Positions 1 to 12,022 of a stretch of 64,000 nt of DNA are shown one piece after another; position 1 is the stretch's first letter, and each line of letters starts with the position of its first letter. Both the position numbers and the translations under genes were made by a program. The notes below the pieces were generated by a model. It was not told the DNA's origin and searched no databases. It was given only the letters and a program-made list of their open reading frames with translations. This stretch comes from Octopus bimaculoides (lineage: Eukaryota), in the NCBI RefSeq assembly GCF_001194135.2, contig NC_068981.1, forward strand, positions 86,191,049-86,255,048, read 5' to 3'.

Positions 1-41
1 ATATATACATACATCTATGTATATATCTCTCTCTTTTTCTT

Positions 42-85
<44 letters not shown>

Positions 86-692
86 ATTCTCTGAGTACAT
101 ATATATATATATATATTTGTACATACACACACACATATGTATATGTATATTGTTTCATGTCAAATAAATGAGAAAAGAGTGCTCTTCCATAGCTATTCAG
201 TATAAGGACATGTGTGTTCATTTGGGCCACATTGTGATGCTGCCTGAGTGAACCCTATCCAGTAAGTTCACTGCCATCAATTCACTGTTTTTCCTTTTTT
301 CAGTAAAATAGTTTTTAACTATTAATGGTGAGATACTATGGATATATTTTCTCAATAAACTTACCTCGTTGTGAACTTGCTTCACAGTGAATTTGATGGA
401 GGTGAACTTTCCTTGTAGTGAATTGATAGCAGTAAACTTACCTGTAATCCACTCTGAATCTCTGAGTAGCAACAGAGTGAATCATTTGCTAATTCCTAAC
501 AAATGTTCATGCACACACACACACATATACACTGAGTTCTGTTTATCCTGTTCTTACCAGCATATTTGTGTGTGTATGTGCATATGTGTATCATATATAT
601 ATATATTATGCATACATACTTATATACATACAAACATATATATATATAGAAATACATACATATATACTGGGCATTCAAAAAGTCTCTCCATA

Positions 693-855
693 GGCGCAGG
701 AGTGGCTGTGTGGTAAGTAGCTTGCTTACCAACCACATGGTTCCAGGTTCATTCCCACTGTGTGGCACCTTGGGTAAGTGTATCCTACTATAGCCTCAGG
801 CCAACCAAAGCCTTGTGAGTGGATTTGGTAGACGGAAACTGAAAGAAGCCCATCG

Positions 856-888
<33 letters not shown>

Positions 889-1110
889 ATACGTTTGTGT
901 GTCTGTGTTTGTCCCCCCAGCATTGCTTGACAACCGATGGTGGTGTGTTTACGTCCCCGTAACTTAGCAGTTCGGCAAAAGAGACCGATAGAATAAGTAC
1001 TAGGCTTCGAAAGAATAAGTCCTGGGGTTGATTTGCTCGACTAAAGGTGATGCTCCAGCATGGCCGCAGTCAAATGACTGAAACAAGTAAAAGAGTAAAA
1101 GAGTAAAGAG
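693..1110 (+). mobile_element. tRNA-derived SINE, family A (internal (TA)n/(TG)n, (gtaaaaga)n tail)
   Basis: A-box/B-box-like head (tggctgtgtggtaag...ggttcattccc), ccttgggtaagtg core and repeated tail; many homologous copies in the window. Confidence 0.85.
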
Positions 1111-2004
1111 TATAGTGAATTTTTTCATCCTGACTCTCCAAGATGTATTTCAAAAACATGTGTAGAAGAGTCAACTTATATATTGAAAATGAAGGACAAC
1201 ACTTTCAAAACCTCTTATAAAGTTTTTTAAAGTGTAATATATTCATTTGTAGTCCTATACCATCTTATAAATATTTATTGTACAATAAAATACTTAGTGC
1301 AGAGAGACTTTTTAAACACCCTCTGTGTGTGTATATATATATGTATATATATATATATAGCAATAAGAAAATGGAGGGGAATATGTGGTACTCATCAACT
1401 TGTAGACATTGTATTATGTCATTTTACCTGTTTATTTTTCAACTAAGGACAATAAAAACAATATACAAACACATATGACATATTATGTCATATCAGTAAT
1501 TAAAAATTAAAAAGGACATCTAGTGACCGAAGAAGGGACAATGTTTTACAGCTCATTCTACATGCCTCATTCTATCTATATAACTCCAGTAGGCTGGAGT
1601 AATTGAAATGGATGAAATAGAAGTACATGTATGATTCTCTAGGCCTCTTCAGAGAATTACAAAGTTCATGAAGTTAATTTACAATATCCAAATATAAACA
1701 TAAAAAAAACATATAAAAAAATCATAAAAACTCACATATATATGCAATTGCATGCATACTTTAACATATATGGATATACATAAATAAATAAACATAAATA
1801 CATGAATACATAAATAAATAAACATAAATACATGAATACATATATGTACATTTAAATGTACATACATAAACGTCTATACATGCACACTAATGAGTCAATT
1901 GTTATTGTTATTATACATGCAGCAGGGTATAATCCAATGGTGTGTAACACGAAAGACAAATTTTATATGTTCACACACACACACACATACACACAGAAAC
2001 ACAA

Positions 2005-2042
<38 letters not shown>

Positions 2043-2227
2043 ACACATATCATCATCATCATCATCATAATCATTTAACATCTGTTAAATGCTGGAATGG
2101 GTTAGATGCATTGACCAAAGCTAGCAAGTGGGGGAGTGCACCAGACTCCAGTCTGATAGTCTGATTTGGCATGGTTTCTATCGATGGATGCCCTTCCTAA
2201 TGTCAATATGTATATATATATATATAT

Positions 2228-3415
2228 ATCATCATCATCATCATCGTTTAACGTCCGCCTTCCATGCTAGCATGGGTTGGACGATTTGACTGAGGACTGG
2301 TGAAACCGGATGACAACAACAGGCTCCAATCTAATTTGGCAGAGTTTCTCCAGCCGGATGCCCTTCCTAACGCCAACCACTCAGAGAGTGTAGTGGGTGC
2401 TTTTACGTGTCACCCGCACGAAAACGGCCACGCTCGAAATGGTGTCTTTTATGTGCCACCCGCACAAGAGCCAANNNNNNNNNNNNNNNNNNNNNNNNNN
2501 NNNNNNNNNNNNNNNNNNNNNNNNNNNNNNNNNNNNNNNNNNNNNNNNNNNNNNNNNNNNNNNNNNNNNNNNNNNNNNNNNNNNNNNNNNNNNNNNNNNN
2601 NNNNNNNNNNNNNNNNNNNNNNNNNNNNNNNNNNNNNNNNNNNNNNNNNNNNNNNNNNNNNNNNNNNNNNNNNNNNNNNNNNNNNNNNNNNNNNNNNNNN
2701 NNNNNNNNNNNNNNNNNNNNNNNNNNNNNNNNNNNNNNNNNNNNNNNNNNNNNNNNNNNNNNNNNNNNNNNNNNNNNNNNNNNNNNNNNNNNNNNNNNNN
2801 NNNNNNNNNNNNNNNNNNNNNNNNNNNNNNNNNNNNNNNNNNNNNNNNNNNNNNNNNNNNNNNNNNNNNNNNNNNNNNNNNNNNNNNNNNNNNNNNNNNN
2901 NNNNNNNNNNNNNNNNNNNNNNNNNNNNNNNNNNNNNNNNNNNNNNNNNNNNNNNNNNNNNNNNNNNNNNNNNNNNNNNNNNNNNNNNNNNNNNNNNNNN
3001 NNNNNNNNNNNNNNNNNNNNNNNNNNNNNNNNNNNNNNNNNNNNNNNNNNNNNNNNNNNNNNNNNNNNNNNNNNNNNNNNNNNNNNNNNNNNNNNNNNNN
3101 NNNNNNNNNNNNNNNNNNNNNNNNNNNNNNNNNNNNNNGGCCACGATCCCGCTCTAAAGATTTCATGTGTCGCCTGCACAAGAGCCAGTCCAGGGGCACT
3201 GGCAACGATGTCGCTCGAGAGATATCATGTGTCGCCCGCACATGAGCCAGTCCAGGGGCACTGGCAACGATCCCACTCGAAAGATTTCATGTGTCGCCCG
3301 CACATGAGCCAGTCCTGGGGCACCGGCAATGATCTCACTCGAAAAACCTCATGTGTCACCCGCAAGCCGGCCCAGGGGCACCGGCAACGATCTCGCTCGA
3401 AAGATTTCATGTGTG
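2228..3415 (-). mobile_element. SINE family B ((gat)n tail), running through an N gap into a 62-bp tandem array
   Basis: Same 3' end as the copies at 11330, 18540, 31035, 48910, 50123 and 61197 (reverse complement of ttaggaagggcatccagc...cggacgttaaacgatgatg). Confidence 0.8.
3139..3415. repeat. 62-bp minisatellite (at least 4 units)
   Basis: The (t/c)(t/a/c)tcatgtgt motif recurs at 3161, 3223, 3285, 3347 (62-nt period) and 3405. Confidence 0.9.
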
Positions 3416-3982
3416 AAATTTTGTTTTGAAAACCCTACACCCACCCCATGTAGGTCTTTCAGGCTTTTGTAATTTTGTATTGATTCTCTGTCTGAGAAAT
3501 TTCTAATAGGAGATATCTTACATGTTTTCTACAATATTTTAACTCCTGTTAGTAAATGAAACATATGTAATGGTGAATAAATACTACCAAAAATTTCTAA
3601 TCTCCTCTTTTGATATATATATAGTTACATATACACACACACACACGTATACATACATATGTATATATATACATACACACACACATAAATTTATACAGAT
3701 GAATGACTAACAGTAGCACAAATGTTTCAGAGCTGTTGCATTTATTCATACAACTCTCAGTTATTTATTTCTGTAAGTTTTATTCACTCCAAACTTCCTT
3801 GTAGCAAGTCATTTCTTTTCTAGGACTTTTGTCAATATGCATGTGTGTGTGGGAGGGTATGTGTATTACATACATACATACATACTTATATGGGAGAATG
3901 TATGAAAAAAAAACAACAGACGAGGACAGGTGGTGTAAACAACAAAAGGATGTATTAGTTTAATGCTCGGGAATAGAGAAAG

Positions 3983-4018
3983 TCTTTACCGTTTCGAGCT
4001 ATGCTCTTCAACAGAAAA
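3983..4018 (-). ncRNA. minimal type-I hammerhead-like motif, non-canonical core
   Basis: Minus strand reads uuuu CUGUUGA A GAGC-aua-GCUC GAAA C g G UA aaga: 4-bp stem II, GAAA, tiny stem III, GUA triplet. Confidence 0.5.
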
Positions 4019-4585
4019 AATACGGAGAAAACAAGGAGAAAAACACGGAGAAAAATAATTGAATGTTTTGGTCAGCGATCTATATATATATATGATTTGT
4101 AGACCAGCTGACAGACGTTAATCTTATGCCATTATCCATACCATTAAGGTAACAATATGCTCTTTTTCATCTAACTTAGACACTGTTCCATTAATGGATT
4201 CTTACCTTAAGTATGACTAATACCACCAGTTATGAGCCATCAAAGTTTTATGTCAGTTATTGCATTTTTGTGAACTCAACCCGGATGTTTGTGTTTAGAG
4301 TTGAGTCAGTCCCTTTTATCTTTATCAATCCAAAAAAGAATGATAGGATACGTCACATGAGGTAAGATTTGAACAACAGGGCTTTACATATCAAACTTAT
4401 TGTCTGACTAGCAATGCTACTATGACTACAGCAAGATGACTGTATAGTATTATATATAAAGTAAAATGGCATTGAAATTTTCTTTAAAATTGACACATTT
4501 TGTTTATTCTATTTTACCCTTGTCATTTTACATTTTTGTTATAGCCATACATTATCAATTAAAATTATTTCTATCTTTTATGCAG

Positions 4586-4771
4586 CATTTCAAAAAACTT
4601 ATAGAAACACCTCCTGATTGGGGCCCTGGTCTTCTGTCTGAGGAAGAACTCCAAAATGAACAATGCTCTGAATATGTAATTCAAGAAGAAAACAACAGGC
4701 GCCCTGCTAATGCTCTTGCAATTCTCACAGCTAATCTTTACTTTCCAGATATTGGAAGAATGGTTACTATG
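4586..4771 (+). CDS. C-terminal exon of an upstream SLC6 paralog (HFKKLIETPPDWGPGL...)
   Basis: ttttatgcag acceptor, phase 0. DWGP motif sits 10 residues in, exactly as in exon 56634 of the main gene. gtaagt donor at 4772; read-through stop at 4796-4798. Confidence 0.75.
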
Positions 4772-4890
4772 GTAAGTTCAGTTTTTGATATCAGTTAAAG
4801 CTGAGGAATAATATGTACTTTTTACCCTTAAGAAAAATTTTAATGGTTAAAAAGAATTAAGTAATATTTTTATGAAAGGTTTATATGCAG

Positions 4891-4974
4891 AACAATAGGT
4901 TACATGCCATAAGAGATAACAGAAAGGAAAACAATGGCATAAAGAGACAAAGAAGTAATTACCCAAATACTTGA
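4891..4974 (+). CDS. possible terminal exon of the upstream paralog (NNRLHAIRDNRKENNGIKRQRSNYPNT*)
   Basis: atgcag acceptor, phase 0 matching the 4771 donor, purine-rich open frame; the acceptor is weak. Confidence 0.3.
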   Translation, partial: NNRLHAIRDNRKENNGIKRQRSNYPNT

Positions 4975-5719
4975 CTAAGCCTTGTACAAAATATAACTTT
5001 ATTAAATCAATAGACTATTTATATATTTTACAAGATTGTTTGAAAAAATATTGCACAAAAACAGCTGCTTTATTATACTGCTTCCATTTCATTATGTCCT
5101 CCAAATTTCCTGTTGCCCACCTTCACACTTTCTCATTTTTTTCTGTTTTATTCATTTCTATACTTATTCCATATTAGGCAGCAAATTAGCAAAGTCATTG
5201 AAGTATTGACCCAGACACTTCGTGGTATTTGTTCTAATTCCCTCTGCTCTAAATTCAAATCCTGTCAAAATTAACTTTGCTTTTCATGCTTTTGGGGGTT
5301 GATAAAAAAGTACCAATTTAAGGTGATAGATTGACAGGACTGTAATAGTGTCAAGCCAGATGCCTTCTAGTATTTGTTATGACTCTTTGTATCTTGGGCA
5401 AGCATTTAGACCAGGTTTCTGATTTGAGGATATCTTCCTCCCTTCCTCCTGCCTGTGAAAGGTCATGAGCAGTGCCTTTATTCTTGACTAACAGATAAAA
5501 ATAAAATTCATATTTCTTCTACTCGAGAGAACTAGGATGCAAACATCCCTTAAAGGATTATAGGTCCTTGGCAGAATAAAATTCATACATACATACATAC
5601 ATACATACATACATACATACTTCTATCTGCTTTAATCTTTAGCTTTATATAACTACATCGCCCTACCTTCTCTATCTCTTTATAGCAGGTTCATACTCAC
5701 TCTATCTCTCTCTATACAG

Positions 5720-5863
<144 letters not shown>

Positions 5864-6479
5864 TGTATTGGTGTAGCTGACTTGAGAGACTTAAGATTTC
5901 TAGATACTATTGAAATAAAAAAAATAAATAAAGTATTACAGAAATAAAAATAGAAAATAAAAAAAATAGCCACACTCTTCCAAGATAAGCAGAGTGTCTG
6001 AAACATAGTGCATCTTTGGTGCTGATTTACTATATGGAGCAATATTTCAAAGTGGGAAAAGAATATCATCCAGTTTTGTTGAGTGACTCCCACACATCTC
6101 TGATCATTAATCTTGGAATAGACTTACTATAATTATCAGTACATATGACAATCAGCTGCACAACTAACAAAAGAGTGTTTGTTCCTTGACATTTGACCCT
6201 TCAAGTATATAATCACAGAAGAACAAAATTCTTAGATTGGATGACTTCAGCACAGGGGTTGAATGTGATAACCTCTTATTGCCTAATATTTCTCTGCACA
6301 AGTGTAATGATCTCTTTTGTCTTATAATTAAGTAGTCAACCTATGACCTTAGGAGAATATAAAGCCTTTCTAAAAATAAGATCCAGCTATAAAAAAGACT
6401 ACATCATAATGTGAGTCTGGAATTGCTGAGATATGATTCATTCTCACACCAAGTTATATACCTATTGCTAGTACAATTA

Positions 6480-7430
6480 TGAGCTAGTGTGCAACAAAGG
6501 AAATTACTGCATGATTATTTGATTCTGTTGAAGTTAAAGACCAATCAGTACAGACTTGCAGATCCTGATTTCCAGTAAACATAAAGAGCATATCTGAAAT
6601 ATAGTTGAGAGTGCACTGAATATTAACAAAGGTCAATTTTATGCATTGCACCTTGGAGTTTCTATACTGGTTTGTTGGTAGTATTGAACTCTTGACTATG
6701 TACAGAGAGCATACAGAGAGCATACAGATAGCCTTGGACCAAAGACCCACAAATAAGATACCTCTAACGAAGAATCCCAGAAATGTTTTAGAAGTTTTCA
6801 CTGTTCCTCTGAATGATTGTATCCAGAGAATGTGAATCAGTCTACTCTGTTCTTTTGAGGAGAACCCAACATTTCTAGATTTATGTGCAGATCTGTTGTT
6901 ATGTAACTTGATGCACCTCTGATGATAGGAACAAATGAAAATGTGTAGCCTGGATGTAAGAACTGTAAGTTTCTCATCATTTTTCCATAAATATTCAATT
7001 GTCCCGCCAATTTTTGAAGAGACATTCACATCTGCTAGGCAATTGCTGAGACAAGCGCTCATTGCCCCATACAACTATATCTGGCCTGCTGTGTTCACAC
7101 CAGGAAGCTGTTTTTATTGGAATGTTCCACCAGTATTCTTCATTTTGAAAGGTGTGTATACTTTCTGGTTCTGGTATGACTTCGGTATTGACAATCCTTC
7201 TTGTATTTAGTATTTAAGATTGACTTATTGACAATGTTTCCTCATGGAAAGGCAATACCTTGCAGACATGTTTGGAAAGCTACTGATGATATGAATATCT
7301 TTCATACTGGTATGGCACAATCTACACTTTCTACCACAGCATGGAAGTTTAGTGGCATCCTTATCTCTTTTGTTAGTCAGTTATTTAATAGCTATCTCCT
7401 GTTCTTGGATAGCAAAATCACAATCTTCTA
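6480..7430 (-). mobile_element. degenerate non-LTR retrotransposon remnant (clade unclear)
   Basis: Coding-like composition with a broken 196-aa frame; no intact catalytic motif recognised. Confidence 0.4.
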
Positions 7431-7559
7431 GGTGAAATATGATGTACTTATCACAGGTCCAGGAGAGGCTAGTCCTGTCAATGTTGTTGGTATTCTCATC
7501 TTGTAATGTATGTACCCTCTCTATAAATAGGTCAGTCCAGCCACCCTGGGTTCATATGA

Positions 7560-8040
7560 AGCAACAATAAACTCAGAATATTTGTTCACTGCTTAATCTC
7601 ATGTTATTGCCTTAACTGTCGAGTATGCATGTTACGTACTCATTTCCCTTTTTGCTCTTCAGTAGATGTTGTCTAAGTGATAAAATGCAGTTCTCAAAGG
7701 CTGTCTGGAATTACCTTATTCCTCCACCTCTGTTCTTCCATTTAACACAGATCCTGTCAGTATCACTACTAATGTGAAATTACCAGTCATTGTTAGTATC
7801 TTCCTAGTCCTGATGTCAATGTTGCAGATTTCTTCAAGTGTCCAGTCTAGTATCCCAAATGTCACGACTAGCACTGACACAACAAAAGCATTGTGGGATA
7901 TAGTATTATTAAATGCAGACAACTCTGACTTCCATACCTTCTGAAGTCTACCGAAATAATTCATGGTACTCTAGCTTTACTCATTACGTGAACATGTGTA
8001 ATATTCTTGTCAGTTCCAAGACATTTGTAACATTCACCAC
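7560..8040 (-). mobile_element. R4/Dong-like LINE remnant (post-RT region)
   Basis: YKCLG...VWKSELSAFN...FGILDWTLEEICNIDIRTRKILTMTGNF, typical of RLE-LINE thumb regions; frameshifted. Confidence 0.7.
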
Positions 8041-8299
8041 TAGTGAAAGGGGAGATAGGCAGGTCATTGACATCGATATTCCTTACCTGCTCATTTGTAT
8101 GCATGTATGTATGTATGTATGTATGTATGTTTGTGTGTGTGTGCATGCATGTGTGTATGTATGTATGTATGTATGTATGTATGTATGTGATATGCCTGTG
8201 ATATGCAGGGCACTAGTGAAAGGGGAGATAGGCAGGTCGTGATAAGGCCTGTGATATGCAGGACACTGACTGGGAGTACAACACTTGTCATCGCCACAT

Positions 8300-8580
8300 A
8301 TGGAGAAAGCAGGTTAAGGAGGGGATCGACACTTTTGAGAGAGTACGTATCCAGCATGAAGAACTTAAGTGAGCTGCGCGAAAGCGTACAGCTCGTATAG
8401 TGAATGGGGAAAGCTTGGTCTGCAATGTTTGCAGTTGTGTATGCTTGTCAAGAGCAGCACTCATTAGCCACCAACGGAGCCACAAATGCAAAATATAAGT
8501 TAGTCCTCGAACGCACAATGTTCCTGAAGGTCGGCAATGGTCTTCCTCGGTCACGAGTGGACGGCCATCATCATCATCAT
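8300..8580 (+). mobile_element. RTE-type LINE 3' end with C2H2-like finger and (cat)n tail
   Basis: LVCNVCSCVCLSRAALISHQRSHK in the frame starting near 8403, followed by (cat)n. Confidence 0.55.
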
Positions 8581-9269
8581 GTATGTATGTGTGTGTGTGT
8601 ACATGTGCATGCATGTCTGTATGTATGTATGTATGTTTGTATGTAATATATGTATGTATGTATTTAGCCAACAACACACACAAAAAGGGATTTGTGCAAT
8701 TTTCTATAACATTTCCTTAGGAAAATTTAAAAGACTTTTTTATATCTTTAATTATATACATTTTAAAAGAATCTAAGATGTAAAATAAAAGTGTGAAATT
8801 GTATAAAAAACACAAATCAATTATAATTTGAAATGATTTTTAATTAGGAATAAGTTCTTTTTATTAATTGGTTAATATATTTAACATATGAAGACATATT
8901 ATATCTTGAATTAATATAATTATATCAATTTTGAATTAATTTTTAATTTTGAAAGAAATTATTACTTAATCCGTTGTTTAACATGTTTTACTTGGTATAC
9001 ATTGACAAAATTTTCCCATTTTAATAACAGCAAATATTTATTACTACAAATTATGAAGCCTTTTGCTAAGAATCTAAATAGCTCAGCTGAGAGAGCATTA
9101 AGCAAAAGACCCCTAGTTTAATCTCTAGTTTTGGTACATTTATAAGTTTCTGTATTAAATCTCAAAAAGAACATAAAGATCCTTCCTGAGTCATACATAA
9201 GGACCTGCATCATAAGAGCTGCATCCCAGTTTCCTTGGTATATATATTCTCCATGTGGATGGGATGGCA

Positions 9270-9430
9270 GTCCATGGCAGCATTACTCATTTTTGCCAAC
9301 TGAGTGGACAGGAGCAACATGAAATGAAGTTTTTTGCTCAAGAACACAATGCATTGCCCTGTCCAGGAATCCAAACCACAATCTTGCAATCACAAGTCCA
9401 ACACCTTTACCACTAAGCCATGCGCTTCCA
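9270..9430 (-). mobile_element. SINE family C head (tRNA-like)
   Basis: Reverse complement of the head seen at 47634 and 58480. Confidence 0.7.
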
Positions 9431-9628
9431 CTGATATTATTACTAACTGAAATTTTTATAGTTTCATTTGATTCCTTATATATAAAGAAAGTAGGTCTTC
9501 AGTCACATATATGTATATTGGTCCTGATCATCATTATGATAATGTTGTGATGTATAATATCAGGGTACTACTTTAGTGTGTAGGCTACTGCAGTATCCCT
9601 AGTCTACACTGTGAAATTAACTTATCTA

Positions 9629-9780
9629 AGTTAGGATTAGGGTTAAGGTTAGGTTTGAGTCAAGGTTAGGTTTCGAGTTTAGGGTTAGGTTTTGTGTTTA
9701 GGGTTAAAGCTAAGTTTTGAGTTAGGGTTAAGCGTTAAGATTAGGTAAGTTTAGGGTTAGGATCAAGGTTAGGGTTTAGG
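9629..9780 (+). repeat. degenerate TTAGG(G) tract
   Basis: About 6 exact TTAGGG plus many TTAGG/TTAAGG variants. Confidence 0.8.
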
Positions 9781-10444
9781 AGATTGGATACTAAAATGGC
9801 ACCCATATCAATTATTTCTTACATTGGGACATTTTTAATTTTTATTATGGACGTGAGATATAGACTTTATTTTAACAATGCATAATATAGTTATGGTCTG
9901 ATTTGTATGAATGTATAGAAAACTGAATAATAAATCTTGATACATAGAACTGTACTTTACATTGACCTAAATATTACAGATGTAATGTAAATCAAAAATA
10001 TTAAAGCTTTGAACTAAATATTTAGTGACCCATGAGCATGAATGAAATGAATCCAGTTTTATTTATTACACACATAGGCTTTCATATTGATCTTTAGAAA
10101 TTTTTTTATTACTTAGTGTTCAGAAGAAAAGCAAAAATGAAATCATATTTAATATGCTTTAATATTGTGGATAAATGTTTTATATCAGTATAAAAGTACT
10201 GCTAAAACATCTTACCACTTATCAGGCATGTTGCTTTGTGCAATGATTAATATTTGTTATGATATTCCAATGTCCTTAGTTTATTGAAAATTATAAGGAA
10301 ATCATGGAAGTTACAAAATAACACATCTTTATAATTATAAATTAATGTAAGTAAAATTTACCAAGGTCAAAATGACATGTTTTGAGTCATTTGTTGGTAA
10401 AATATATATAACGATATATATATATATATATATATATATAATGA

Positions 10445-11322
10445 TTACATAGTTCAATTAAATGGAGTTGCATGAACCGATCGGACTGCATTACCTCTGG
10501 ATATCCTTGTTGCTTTTTTGATTTTATATATATATATATCAGTTGGGCACTATCTGTGAGAAGAACAGCACCATGACACAATTCATTCTGCCAGAAATTT
10601 GGAAACGGCATGCTGTACTGCTTGGCATTTGCACTGGAAGCTCCAATATGAACATTTCAGAGTGTTTAGGTGTCAATTTGAAGACATGTACCGAGAATGA
10701 TAAAAATTAAACATCCAGTCAACATCATGGTGTTTGGAGTGGTCACTGGTGATGGCGACGTTATGCCTCCATTCATATTCCCACATGGCCTCAGACTCAA
10801 CACAGAGGTCTACATCAAGTGCCTGGAGGAAGTAGTGCTGCCCTGGGTCAAGAGGTTAGCTGCTGGAACACTCTATGTCTAGCAACAGGACTCTGCACCA
10901 TGCCACACAAGCAGGAAAACCCATTCATGGCTGTCAGATAAATTCTGCAACCACATCACCCCTAACATCTGGCCACCTAACTCTCCAGATTGCAACCCCC
11001 TTGATTGTTATGTGTGGGGCACAGTGGAGTGAGAATCTAACAAAACTCCTTGTAACACTAAAGATGAACTGAAGGCAAGGATTATGGCAGCATTCACCAA
11101 CTTAAACAAGGAGACTGTCCAGAAGAGTTGCAGGAGATGCTGAAGTCATCTGGTTGCTGCGGTTGAAGCCAATGGCGATTTTATTGAATAAATTTCCAGA
11201 TATTTCCTTTAGTATTTCCAGATATTTTAATGTAAATTTGGTAAATATATCTGTTAAAATGAGATGCTAGTATCATTTTAATTTTTGCATAATTTAGACG
11301 ACAGTTTATTCACCGCACCCTG
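10445..11322 (+). mobile_element. maT-type (DD37D) Tc1/mariner transposon, internally deleted
   Basis: MVFGVV...QQDSAPCH...WPPNSPDCNPLD with 37 residues between the last two Asp; stops present; right TIR ...ttattcaccgcaccctg ends at 11322. Confidence 0.85.
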
Positions 11323-11329
11323 CATATAT

Positions 11330-11720
11330 CATCAACATCGTCATCATTTAACGTCCGTTGTCCATGCTAGTATGGGTTGTACGGTTTGACCAGCGCTGGT
11401 TAATTGGAAGGTTGCACCAGATTCCAATCTGATTAAGCATGGTTTTCTATGGCTGGATGCCCTTCCTAACACCAGCCACTCTGAGAGTGTAATGGGTGCT
11501 TCTATGTGTCACCGGCACTGGTGCCATTTGCATGACACTGGTATCTGTTACAACTGTGATTTTGCTTGGCTTGATGGGTCTTCTTCTCAAGCGCAACATA
11601 ATGCCAAAAGTCTCAGTCATTGTCTCTGTGAGGCCTTATACTTGAAAGGAACTCAGCCACTTTGCCTCCACGAAGCCCAACACTAGAAAGGAACTCAGCT
11701 ACTTTGCCTCTGTGAGGCCT
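11330..11720 (-). mobile_element. SINE family B, diverged
   Basis: Family B 3' end with (cat)n. Confidence 0.7.
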
Positions 11721-11744
11721 AATGCTCCAATAGTGCTGTATATA

Positions 11745-11781
<37 letters not shown>

Positions 11782-11989
11782 GTGTGTATAGATTGCATGA
11801 ATTGGTGTACAGATTTTATATATTAAGGAAAAGAGAATAGTCAGGATTTGGATAAAAACTATTTATTTAGCCTTTTCATCCCTATCAGGAATTCATCATG
11901 AATGGGTTTATTCATAATAAATCCTTGAAAGGGACAAAAGTGCTAAATAAATAGTTTTTATCCAAATCCTGACTACCTTCTTTTTCTTA

Positions 11990-12022
<33 letters not shown>

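Noticed and set aside
1500-1680. Possible TM12 exon of the upstream paralog
   Set aside because: No frame gives an SLC6-like peptide; that exon must lie before the window.
3139-3415. CRISPR-like appearance of the 62-bp array
   Set aside because: Units are contiguous with no unique spacers, the context is eukaryotic and no cas genes are present.
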